From assembly GCA_051294375.1 (NCBI GenBank), contig CM119264.1, positions 25,775,392 through 25,839,391 on the forward strand: a DNA stretch of 64,000 bases, in the 5' to 3' direction. The position numbers and the translations under genes were made by a program. The notes beneath the pieces were generated by a model. It did not search any database and was not told where the DNA came from. It saw only the letters and a list, made by a program, of their open reading frames with translations. This stretch comes from Paraspadella gotoi. Its lineage: Eukaryota; Animalia; Chaetognatha. Below are positions 25,101 to 37,000 of the stretch, one piece after another; the stretch's first letter is position 1, and the number at the start of each line of letters is the position of its first letter.

Positions 25101-27300
25101 AAACTCTATCTTCTATCGATCGCCGTATAACCCGCCATCAAAGCCCGGCTGGGAAGCAAAGGGTGTGTCGAAAGGCGTCACTGCCCCTGATCGTGATCGA
25201 GTTAAAAAAATCCGCTGGATTTCTTCACTCCTTTGACCGACGGATAAACCTCTTGATGAGCTGGCATTCCTGTTTGATCTCTGTTATCCACGACTCAGCA
25301 CGTTGACTGTTTGTGGGGTAACGAGCTGTCTGTGCTGTCGTGCTGTAGATAGATCGCATCCACCCCTGAAAATACTCGTGAATCTGTGATTAAGAGTGAC
25401 GTTTCGTCCGAGGGTGTAACCTTGGAACTTACGAACCATCATATGAAAAGCGAGCGTTTCTAGGATATACGTTCGATATGCTTTAATCCTATAATTACCA
25501 CTGTCTTCTGTCCGGGAAACGCTTTCGGAATGGAATGATAATGGATTATTCCGACACATGAACGACTCGGATTCATCTGCCCGGGCGGTAATTTAAGTTG
25601 TACCGCCATTCGGCGCTATCGTGCTGTCGAGGCGAGTCAGCATAAATCTCCTATATGACTCCCATAGCCTGATCCTTGCCGTCATTAGAAGGCAAGTTTA
25701 GTCCTCAGATGATTGACGTTACTCTTCGACACGCGCGCAATGCTGCAAGCCTTCACATTGCCGCTAGGTTAGCCTTGAAACTGCCTTTTGTCCCAGATAG
25801 GGTGAGGGCGTGAAGGCTGGGGGATGTAGGGGAGAGGAAACGATGTGTGAAGCACTGTAGTAGCTTTAGTGATGCTAGAACATTGCTGCACTGGTTCCTT
25901 TTTTTTGCGTTTGAGCGGTCCTTCAGCTTGACCTTCGACGGGCAATCAAAGCTTTTCCTCTGTGGTAATGTAGCTTGCTTTTGGGAGAGATGCTGAAGCC
26001 CCATAGTCGCGGATTTTGATGTCTTCCTTGCGCAATCAACAGGCCACCTTTTTCGGGTCCATTCTGAGGACTATCTTACTGATTCTCGTCCCTGCATCCT
26101 CTTGTAGGGAGATCAACGTAGCCTTTGGAGCCATGTCCTCCTGAGATTTGCTGTCAGATCAGAGTCATCCACGACCGCCCAATTATACATCCAGAGAAAC
26201 TTTTTCACGGTCCGGTCCCCAGGTCCTTGGAGAGTTTCGTCCAGAATATGCCTGGAGGAGTTGGACGGTGGGGTTTGTATCGAGCCTGTTTACTCCCCGA
26301 TTCCCATGGGCAGAGACTTGTTCATAACCACCCAGTTTGTGGGGCCACGGGTCAGGCAGGCTCCCAGCAAAAGGTTGTAACTGGTTTGCATCGGTCTGAA
26401 GGAAGATTGGACACACTGGTGGAATCAATCCAAGGATATACCCACTGAACATTGAGGTTCGTATGTGTTTTCCCACCTGGTTCCACTTATATACTGTTCC
26501 AGTATTTGACGCTAGGTCTGGCGGTGTGTGTCCGCTAATAATGCGGATCAATATTTGTTATGTAGTGAGAGAGGACTGGTCCATATCGACCTTGAGTATC
26601 TCACATAGGATTTATCACTCGCCAGAATATGAGGATTTAGCAATATGGGTTTCGTCGTTCATTTCAATTTGGTATCTTGCCTTCGGCTTGTTTTCTCGAT
26701 ATGTTCCTGGTTTTTTTGATGCGATGTAATCAGGTTGTTGCTGCCTTTATTTCTCTCCGCACACCTGCCTTTTTTTTTTAAATAAATTAAGCCTCTTGTT
26801 CCTTTTCCCTTGAGACGATGTCCAGTCTCATTTCCACAAATTTCCAGATATCTCTGTGTTTGATGTGTGCGTGATTATTCCCTTTTCGACAGGGATCCGC
26901 TGTACATTGGGGTGAATTTTTGGTTTTAGAGGAGATTCCTACCCATAAGATGTAACCCCAGGTCCTCCTCTGTACGTTCTTGTATTTTTTAATGCTATTG
27001 TGGTTTTAAAACTGTCATAAGATTTTTTTGGAATCCCCGTTTCTTTTAGTCATTTATAATGATCGGATGTTCTATTCACAAATAACGTATTTTTTTTCTC
27101 GACTCGCGGTTTTTTTTCATACTACTCGACTACCCATACCTCTCGAAACGCCTCCCATGACAAAAGACTTGAGACCTTTTTTTTCCCTGAGGGCATAGGT
27201 CGACCGTACCTATAAAATGGCCTCTTAGATCAAAGCTTCTGTTTCCCCGGGTCGTAACGTAGCGCTTTGTTTTCTTCTTATTTCGAGCTTTCCTACCTAA
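22200..27300 (-). CDS. pol: Gypsy A pol (protease, RT, RNase H, integrase); frameshifts probably read errors
   Basis: Read across frameshifts: YDPG and MGRNLL (protease, ~27250 and ~26940); GYVD[D] (RT, ~26115); YILETLAFHMMVRKFQGYTLGRNVTL and NPADFL (RNase H, 25480-25200); HENDF..HP, PLPSPP, DIMH, LLVV...SRYLW and ERII (integrase, 23790-23170). Confidence 0.8.
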
Positions 27301-27443
27301 CTAAAGCAAGCATCGTAATATGTCGTCACTTTTAGGCGCTATACTGATGTATATCTGGTTTTATCATGGTCTTGTTTGCTTTTGGGATGTCGACCTTTCT
27401 GACCCGTTTTCTGAGCGANNNNNNNNNNNNNNNNNNNNNNNNN

Positions 27444-28086
27444 CCTGTTTATGTTAGGAATGAGGATAGCTTAATGCACTACAGTACACTGCACTGTACT
27501 GCACTGCACTGCACACTGTGCGTGTGCAGTCACATGATCACTTTAAAAAGCCATCATGTGACCCCCAATTTAATTATTTTAATTAATGGTTGTCAGATAT
27601 TTGATTATTTTAGTTTAAACTTTGCACATAACTGAATAACCATTGCATGTTTGTTATATGTTTATTTCATAGTAATATAGTCACCTAATCATCCAGAAAT
27701 ACATGTGATAACAAAGTTACAGCGGCTCAACACATTGGAATTACCGTTCTTGTTACTTTCTCTTTTTCTTGTTTCTTTCTCTTTTTCTTTTTTTTTTCTC
27801 TTTCTCTTTTTCTTTTTTCTTTTTCATGTTTCTTTTTCTTTTTATTTTTTTTAGGTTAACGACGTCGTGACTTTTTTTTCGTCATCGTTTTTTGACGATA
27901 GAATCGCGACTCGGTGTGTCGACGTCGGTTGTTTAAGCATGGTGTGGCAGGAATCATTATATCACGTTCACATTTAAAAATTCTTAATAAGTTTATAAAA
28001 CTTAACTCGTACGTTACAAGTTAATCTTAAGGTTTGTGAAAGTTGGAAAAACAAATTTTTTTTTAAATACAGTGGGGCGGTTAAGG
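27444..28086 (+). repeat. Second version of 10270-11730 lacking the 680-bp MITE; includes (ACTGC)n
   Basis: Collinear matches such as GTCAGATATTTGATTATTTT, AATCATCCAGAAATACATGTGATAACAA and TTTTTTGACGATAGAATCGCGA. Confidence 0.85.
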
Positions 28087-31000
28087 TTTGTTGCAAAAAA
28101 AATAGCTCAGGTGGAGGGCGTTAAAGGATCATGATGCGTTGGAAAAAAATATGTAAAAACTATTCTGACATGACATGTCTTAAGCGGTAGGGAAGCCAAT
28201 AAGTAAGCTGCAATACTGGGATCGTATATTAGAAGTCTCAGACACCAATGAATCAAGCTATGGCAGTCCTAGCTATATTCACGGAGTAGCCCGTTCCACG
28301 AAATAACAGTAGAGAGACCGGGGTCTGCATTGGAAAGTCACTTTCACTCGTCTCGTCTGCATGCTTCTTCCCACTGGACTGACGCCGGCTCTTTCTCAGT
28401 TCTCACACCAGACATTCTTTCTCTCTCTTGCTGTCCTTAGCTTACTTCGACGGCGTGCGCGTGCTTAGATCAGGGTCATTGCGAGTGACAATCTAGTATA
28501 CAGCAAAACAAGACAATATACCGACCAGACTCACTTATCAGCCGTAATATTACACCGCGTCTCGGAAGTTACCGTGCTGGACTGAATGAGGCTCGGATCA
28601 GCATTATCCATCAAGAATTGGTCGTCGTGTGTCCAAATGCGGCGGGTAAGGATTCCCGTCTTCGCTTCTCCAACCCGTTCAATCTCATTCTCGAGCTCGT
28701 CAGGTCTCTCAGCCAACCTCCTCTCATCTTGCAACTCACCTCTCTCCTCGTGCATCATCCTCTTTCTCTCTCCGTCGTCATCCCGCCTCTCTATGCCCTA
28801 CGTTGACTATAGGCGTCATAAGTCAAGTCAGGATTTATGCAATGGTTTGAGGGGGAACGTCAACGGCCCTTTCCGGGGGGGCGGGTAAATAAGCACGCAA
28901 TATCTTGGAACCAAATAAACTTCGTGGAGGAGGGGGGTCGAGAAGTCAGAGGCGGACACCGCGAGCAGGACGGCGCAAAATTTGTTTGTTATTCACCCGG
29001 CGTGCAAAACGTTTTTGAATGGGATTTAGGAGGCGAAGAAAAATCTTTTTTTCTCCTTCTTATGTGGGAAAAAAAAAAATAAAATTAACAATAGAAGTAG
29101 GGTAAAGACCTCGCATTTCAAGCGTTTCGAAATTTAAAAGTAAAAAAAAGAGGAAACACGGTTATACGTTCAAGCTGAGGGAGGACAGGGGGACAAAAAG
29201 ATATTGTGGCAAGAGTTTTGTGGCACAAATTCTCCGCAAGAATAAAAAAAACAAACATAGGAAGCGAAGATCAGAACAAACAAAAATAACACGCCGTTCA
29301 TATCGGGATACAAAAACTTCAACCCTTATACCCTATTCGTTTTTTTTTTAAACGAAAAATCGTCACACTTGTTTTGGGTAAAACAGCGTTGCTCCGAAAT
29401 TTTCCAAAGGGAAAAGAATACCAGGGATAGTTGAAGAAATTGGTAAGCAAAAAAACAAACGAAACCCGATACGAACAGATATGTGATTTATGACACAATT
29501 CAATACTTGTCAGAAACAGGAGCTTACGGATATGAGAACATCACCTTAATGTTTTAAAAATCTTGTTGTTTCTCAGTTTGAAAAAAAATAAAGGATCAAT
29601 TGGTCTCATGCCTGGAGATTCGATAAAGGGTCGATCTTCTATAGAACTTCAGTTTCTCTATTCTCCTGAGAAGAAAAAAAAAATAACAAATAAAGGAAAT
29701 GGGGTATAAGTAACTGAAAGTCACATAGAAAAAACAAAGGGAACCTCAGCAAAAAGAAAAGGGGAAAAAAACGGGAAAAAAGAGAGGACAAAAATAATTT
29801 GTTTCCCGTCGTCGTAAAAGGCGACGCGACCTGACCCTTCCGGAGGATCTTCACCCAAAGGTAGGAGAAACCGAACAGAAAAGAAGACGGAGGAAACACA
29901 TTGATGATGGTTATGATAGGAAGGGAAGAGAGAGAGAAAGGAGGAACACGGGAGGGAGAATAGTAAGGGAGAGCTACGTATAGGAAAGGGAGAGAGGAAG
30001 AAGAGGAGAGGTGAGAGAGAGAAGAGAGAGCACGAGCTAAACATGGGAGAAAAAGCAGGTAAGAAGACGCAAGGCATCTGTGGAATTGATCCTGGGGCCA
30101 GAGCGACACGGAAGGAGAGACAGTCAATGCCGACACGAAAAAAAGGCGGAAAAGGGAGGCCGTGTCCCTGGTTGAGGGGACCCGAGCCATCCGTCGGGCG
30201 GGACAATGGCGGAGATGTCCCCGCCAACGCCAGCCCGATTACCGGCTCACATCTTTGCCGCAGTCTTTCCGAGCTTTACCCAATAAGAAGTGAGAAGAAA
30301 TGAAAATGTCGCGCCTGCAGAGACCAAAAGATCGAAACAACAGACACCAACAGAGAAAGGCTGACCGTCGGCGGGGAGAGGAGAAAGAAGAAGATAGAAT
30401 TAGGAAAAGTAGTAAATTATAAAAAGTAAAAAACAGGATAAAAAAGAAAAAGAAAGGGCCATGTGATTGAAACGACTCTCCCGCCATATTGAAAAAGAGG
30501 GTAAAACAAGAAGGCAATACATATGGAAAACAAATTGAAATTTAAGACCACCCAAAGTCAAATAGCGTCGCGGGCCGCCGAACTTGCGAAATATAACAGA
30601 TCAAGTTACTAGGTTTTTATTCGGGAATTTTTCCAAACAATATTCGAAAGACGAGATAGCGAATGAAAACAAGGACAATCAGAGGGAAAAGTATTTACTT
30701 TCGATTGACCAGATAGAGCAAGTATTTATTGTGAATGAAACGCAGGGATAAATATTTTTGTAGTAGTCTGTTAAACAACCTAGTAAACAAAATCCGTGAA
30801 ATGTGAGTACCCTTCTATGTTAGAAAAGTGGAGCATGGGGCATTTTCAAATGAATATAGGCGACAAAAGCCCCGAGAAGCTGGTCGATAACACAGAGCTA
30901 GGCGAGGAAGATGGAAAAAAGTAAACGGAATGCCAGAGGTCCGAGTCCTACCGGGCAAAAGACGTGGCACGCGAAAACGAAATAAAAAATATATAAATAC

Positions 31001-34000
31001 ACCCAAAGTCTCTATAGTTTGCCGACATTGGTATACGCAAGCGGAACAAGAAGAAACATAAAAATAAAATGAGAGAAAATAATAACATTAATTCGATGGA
31101 CAACGAATATCGCGGGACGAAAATGCAAAGAAGGATAGCAAGATCTCCTTCAGTACGACCCCGACCAAACGTACTAATAATAAAGAACTTTGAGACAAGT
31201 TGCGCATCTCAGCGGAGACGCCGATGGTTTACACGTCCCTTGAAAGAATCAGGCCACACGACGACCGGAAGGGCACAATAAAGATACAGGGAAAGCTACA
31301 ACGACAACGGAACGCAACACGGACGACAAACACAGACGCACCGCGTCAGAGATTGAGATCTTCGTCTCTCGATTATTCCTTTCCTGAGAATCGAGAGAGC
31401 GATGCTAGAGGCCAGAAACTCGGGAAATTATTCCAGGTAACATCTCCCACGAGCCGCCGACTATTATTTGGGGTTTTTGACGGAGATAAGCGACCACCTT
31501 ACTCCTGGAACATAATTACTCTGAACGCTTTAAACACTTTTATATTGGCTGAGGTAGGGCCCATTGCCAAATGCTCTTCAGAGTAAACTGTTTAATCAGT
31601 CACTCGGTGCGATCCCTAAGCCCGACTTCTGTTCAAGTACGAGCACCATTATTCCTCTGCTCCATCGACGCTTAGACTATACTATCATCACCACTGCATT
31701 ACTGAAAATGGGGGTGGGGTTGCAATCTTCTGTTCTCCGACCTTACTCGACGTCAACCACGGAATTGCGGACAAGCAGCGGCCCAACAACTTTTTTTTCC
31801 CTCTCTCGCAATCACGCCCGAGACACAGCTCCGCTCTAGCTGCACCCACTGCCGCGACTGGGCATCTTTCCAAGTGCCCGATACCTACTCTTCCCTTTTA
31901 AGCGCAATCTTCCAACCCTGCATCTATCTATCCCACCGGATCATCCTGTCTGCCGACCGGAAAAATATAACTGGATTGTCGACTACTTACATCCTCCAGT
32001 CCGAGGCATTGGCCGTTATTTAAACTTCTCTGGCATTTAATCCTTCCTCTTTTTTCCCTTTCCTTCCCTTTTACCTTACTTATCTTATCTTCTTTCTGCT
32101 CGAGAGCACACTCTGTCTTTATTGTTTTTTTCATATTGGCTAATCGTTCTTTTCCCAGGGGGAGGAAAAGCAAAAAAACGCCCAGGGTGTATAAAAGAAA
32201 TATTTAAGGAAAGGGGCCAATAGTAGTCGACATTAGTAAAAAAACTATTAACTGGGTATATCTATTTAAAATACTACATGATTTTTAGTTTATAAATGTA
32301 TTATAATAAACAAGTATTTATTTGTTTTTGAAAAACGTGGTTTTTTGGCTTCTAATCCAAATCATTTTAGAAAATACATTAATAGAAAAAAAATACGTAA
32401 TATTTTATACGCTGGCACAATTCCTCTGGGGCCCACTCTAAGATCATGCCTCATCTTCTTACCTTTGTCCTCAGACCCGTATACCTGTTTAGAATTTTGT
32501 GAGTTCCTACCAATCAGTTGATGTCGGCTAAACTGAGTCCGACATACGTTAGCCACAGACCTATCATCAATTATTCTATTTGCTACAATTTTTTCAATCT
32601 CCAGCCACGTTAAAACCCTACCTTTGCTCTTCACCCCGAACTTATTTGACTTCCGTTCAAAGAAAACAATTCCTCTTTCCCTCGGGTTGACCTCCATTTT
32701 TCCTTTAAGTAACAGCCAATAAAAATATAGAAACCCCTCTCACCCCCGATACCTCAAACCGGACCCTACTCGAATCTACCTTCTCATCCAATCCCCTTAA
32801 GGATCCACTTGCCCAATTCGCCCCTCTCTCCCGCACCAAGTCATTTGGCGGGTACCGGTGGTTTCGAGGCCGGCGTCCAGCGATGTCCTTTTCCAAAAAT
32901 AATGTGCCGCAGAACGTGGATCGGTCGAGATCCCCGATGTAACTGGAGGTAACGGTGGTTGCCTGAGGGGGACTAGTCGGTTTTCACCTTAGAGGGTAAC
33001 GCGCAAATACGCGGTGTCCGCCCGCTTGCGAAAATACCATGAGGAAGAGCTGTCTGAAGGAAGGAAGGAGCCGGGGTGCACGGCGAAGTAAAGGAGCAGG
33101 GGAAAACAGGGTAGGTTAGTATACTTAAGAGGAGGAGGAGGAGGCATAGGAAAGCGTATTGAAGTACTATGAGTGGGCACAGCCGGGGACGCAATAGGCC
33201 TTGTGATTACTGCCTAATCGGGGTACTGTGCGGCGGTCTATCATTCCACCCCAAACCCGCGTAGGGGCCAGTCGTCGCGAGGACAGTCACCCTACCAGTG
33301 GGATACCGGCCTTCTGATCATTGTCATGATTTATGTAGTTGTTAGAGTCGATACGTAATAAGAGCACAGCACGATTATTCCACGAGTCAGTATTTCCTGA
33401 TACCCAGTGTCGGCAGGTGCGCAACTGGGGCTGCGGGCCGCGCTCGCGGGTCACAATTTAGGCCAAACTCCGCTGGCGGGATAAGCGCCCAGAGGCAATT
33501 GGAACCCCCGGGACCCACCGGGATGGAATGAGATGATTTAGGCGTCGTGCCTCCAGACCATTTGGAGACTAGGCTGAGCGAAAAAGGGGCCAAGGGCCAG
33601 TGGGAGGGCAGGCTGTCCTTTTTAAGTATCTTGCTGCCAACTCTATAACCAAGGATCATGTTAATGTAATTAAGAAAATAGTTACATAACAAATAATATA
33701 ATCATAACTTCAGGCCATCTTTTTGCTCAATAGAAATCTTTGCCATGAACAGTAATTGGACCATAAAGAAAAGAATAGAGGAAGACTCAAGTAGGGGACA
33801 AGAACTAAAAATGGTGGGGTGTTAATATGCAAGCAAGCAGAGACGCCCTATTGTTCCTGCAAATGCTGAGGTTTTATTGCCTTTTGGTTTCTATTGATCT
33901 TATCTTGATTTTTTGTGGTTTATATTGTCTATTCTCCGCTTTAGACTGGGATGTTTGGGTCAGCCGGTTCAAAATTATTGTTATTGGTAGTATTTGGGAA

Positions 34001-37000
34001 ATTTTTCCACGGGGGAGGAGAGAGAAAAGAGACGCCCACCGCCCCGGTTGTATGTTAGTTAGTTTGAGTTTTGATCCCTAATTTAGTTTGGCAATCCTAA
34101 AAAAGCATTTGTTGGAAAATAGCGAGAGTATTCGTTGTCAAACATTTTGCGGAGGATCTGTGTCCTTCTTCCCGTCCTGCATGGATGGTCGCTCGGGATG
34201 AAAGGAGGCTGACCGTACTCGTCGGAGGTCGCCTCCGTTTCAAGGGCGTGTTTGGTTACCTCATTATCACTGACATTTTCCTAAAGAAGACCAGTCTATC
34301 TAATCGTCGGGGCCGGTTTTGCACGAAAATAATCCATCATTCTTATTTAATATTAATTTAATTTTAAAGTTGTAATTTTTTTCTACCCCCCTTCTTTATG
34401 GTAATTTAATTCTTCTAGAGCTGGGAGCGACTCGCCTGGTCAATTCCCGCTGCCGAACCCACGTCATGAGATCATTATCGACAAACGAGATCAGGTGACG
34501 TAGTCAGGACGGGTCATACTTACATAATAAATGGTCGAGATCACCCGCCAAGTTGCATCATTCTATGATTTTTTTTTTTTGTATTCCACACATTTCGAGT
34601 AGTTTTGGTTTCCTGTTGATTTTAAATAGTGCTCTTGTGACAATTTTAAGGGGGTCCTTCTAGTTTAACACTGGTAGACAAGTGACGAAGTCACGAGGGG
34701 CGTCGGTTTGTCGGTTGTCTTGTCTTGCCTCCCGGAAGTGTCGTACGTTTAAAACGGCGGGCGGTCCGCAGCTGGAAAAACGAGGCGCACTTGAAACCCC
34801 GTCATCGATGACACGGGCGTTAACGATCGCAGCCTTGCCGAACGCGACGGCGAACGAAACCCATCGCCTCTCAGAGTAAAATAGGGTCGAATGAGCGCAG
34901 GAGGATAAGACGAAGAAAGATGACGACGAACCAGATGAGTATGAGGACGACGATATAGACCATAGGATGACCATGATGACGATGAGGATGACAAACGATG
35001 CGACGATGACGACATGATGACGATGACGACCATGAGGACGATGATTGAGGACGATGACGATGATATTTAACGATGAGTACGATGATGACGACAGAATGAG
35101 GACTGACGATTAGAGCGTATGGATTGATATTGTGTACGTTGATCAGGTATCGTTATGCCTTTTAGTTGGCCTTATCGTTAGGACTGTATTTGTACGAGAT
35201 AACGATTACTGACATATTGACGAGGCTAGAATCGATGGAGCAATATGATAATTTATATTACGAAACTTTGAGATCATGTAGACTGTTAAACATGATTTGA
35301 CTTACTTAATTATAATGACAAATGAGGAGATGATCATTAGGGAGCACTCGGCCATATAGCTATGGAGATTTTTTTGTTATTACTGTAGAGGGTAGAACAA
35401 GCGCATCTACGGATGACAAGCGAGGCAATACATTGAATGAGATTAGAACTAAGACTCATGACGAAGTATGTAGACAGAGAGATGAGGACAAGTCTGATGA
35501 TATTAAAACCGATAGTAGTGATAGATGATTGAAACGGATCATAAACTCGAGGGACTAGGTAAGACGCCATGAATACAGTATGAGTGTGAATATGTTAGTG
35601 GTGGGATTGACGAGGAGCGACGACCAGACATCTCCGAGCTTGTTCGGATGAGCACGATCATGGATTCCGGGCAAGAAAACATTGTCCAAAAGGATAAGTC
35701 ACGTATGTATGGACGATGTATTCTGATAAAAGAGCCGAACAAAACCGCCCCATGATTTCTAATTATTCTTGCCCATGATGGGCGATGCCCAAATGAACGA
35801 ATAGACCAATTCTTATCACAAGGAGAGAAATCGTTGTAAACGATGACAACCCACCAGCACTGCCGCCCGGATACTGATCCCGACAGACGATCAAAAAATG
35901 TTGAAATGTCGATCAACTTCCCATGCCGGATAGAGAAGTTACGTTCGCACTAGCGGTTATACGGAAGATGGAGTGAACGACACCAGGAGTGCAGGCGGGC
36001 AGAGGCGTACGCCTGTCCGTATCTGCCACGAAATCCCGTACCACATTATCTTCCTTCTCTTCTCCAACCAGATAGCACCGATAACGAGCATACCAAACCT
36101 TCTCAGTCCCTAGGCGTACCCCAACCGACACGGTTCACCTTACTGCTTCGTATTCAATCCCTTGACAGCCGCGACACCTCGGAACAGAAAGACCGACCAA
36201 CACCCATCGAGCAATGCAATGACACAAAGCACCGTCGGAATGTACAAAACCTCTTGGAGTCACTGGCGAATGAGGCAGAGTAAATTGAATGATGACACCC
36301 CACTCATAAAGATGCACTCCGCCACATTTTTTTCTCCACAAAAAATGACACTCTAACGCTTTTATATTCTGCACTGTGTAAACAATCGACGGTCTCTCTT
36401 TCCTTTTTTAAATTGATCTGATCTTTTACTCTTTCATATCGTTTTAATTTCTTGTTCATTTCTTCCTTTTAGGGATCTTTCCCTTCTACTTCTTATTTTT
36501 TTCCTTAAGTACTATTTTTTTTATTTAAGAATTATTTCTTCTTTTCTTCTTTCATAATATCCTATCTTTTTTATACATATTCAAGCTTGCAAATTTTATT
36601 TTTCACACCGTACAACGTCTTAATCCTCCATTCTTTAACAGTGAACTATGATAGGGAAAGAACCAGCGACGGGAGTATTCTTGAATGCGCCCGACCACGG
36701 AAGAAAGAGATGGGGAATTATAAATTTCTATCTCAGAAAATAGAGACAATATGGGTAAGAACTTGACAAACAGAATAAACGGTGTCAAAGAAAATTAACA
36801 AGAGAGGGAGCCGAGAGTGAATAATATATAAAAAGTTGGGTATCCTCCCTTTAATTGATCTATAACACTCATTGGCATTCAAAAGATACATTCCCGAGTA
36901 AATCGGTAGAGCCATGGCGGGTAAAAAGTTACAGCCGTAGAAAGGAAGCCCCAATCTGGCCCATTGTGGGGCCGGATGCCGAATCTGATGTGTTCTTTAT

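Larger units (their letters stand above)
11694..27418 (+). repeat. Copy 1 of a ~15.7 kb duplicated block (noisy long-read gap fill)
   Basis: Reads the same as 28087-43754 (offset 16393, then 16336) except ~13900-14390. Both copies end at ...CTGAGCGA before a 25-N gap, and the ORF track repeats identically. Confidence 0.95.
20702..27418 (-). mobile_element. Ty3/Gypsy LTR retrotransposon A, cut off at its 5' end by the gap
   Basis: PR-RT-RH-INT order on the minus strand, followed by a PPT and an LTR (see sub-features). Confidence 0.85.

Noticed and set aside
11694-27418. A giant (~16 kb) Gypsy with many accessory or antisense ORFs in tandem array
   Set aside because: The 12.4-20.2 kb part is a noisy version of host intron and exon found at 43.8-48.2 kb, and the element appears to end at the LTR at 20702.
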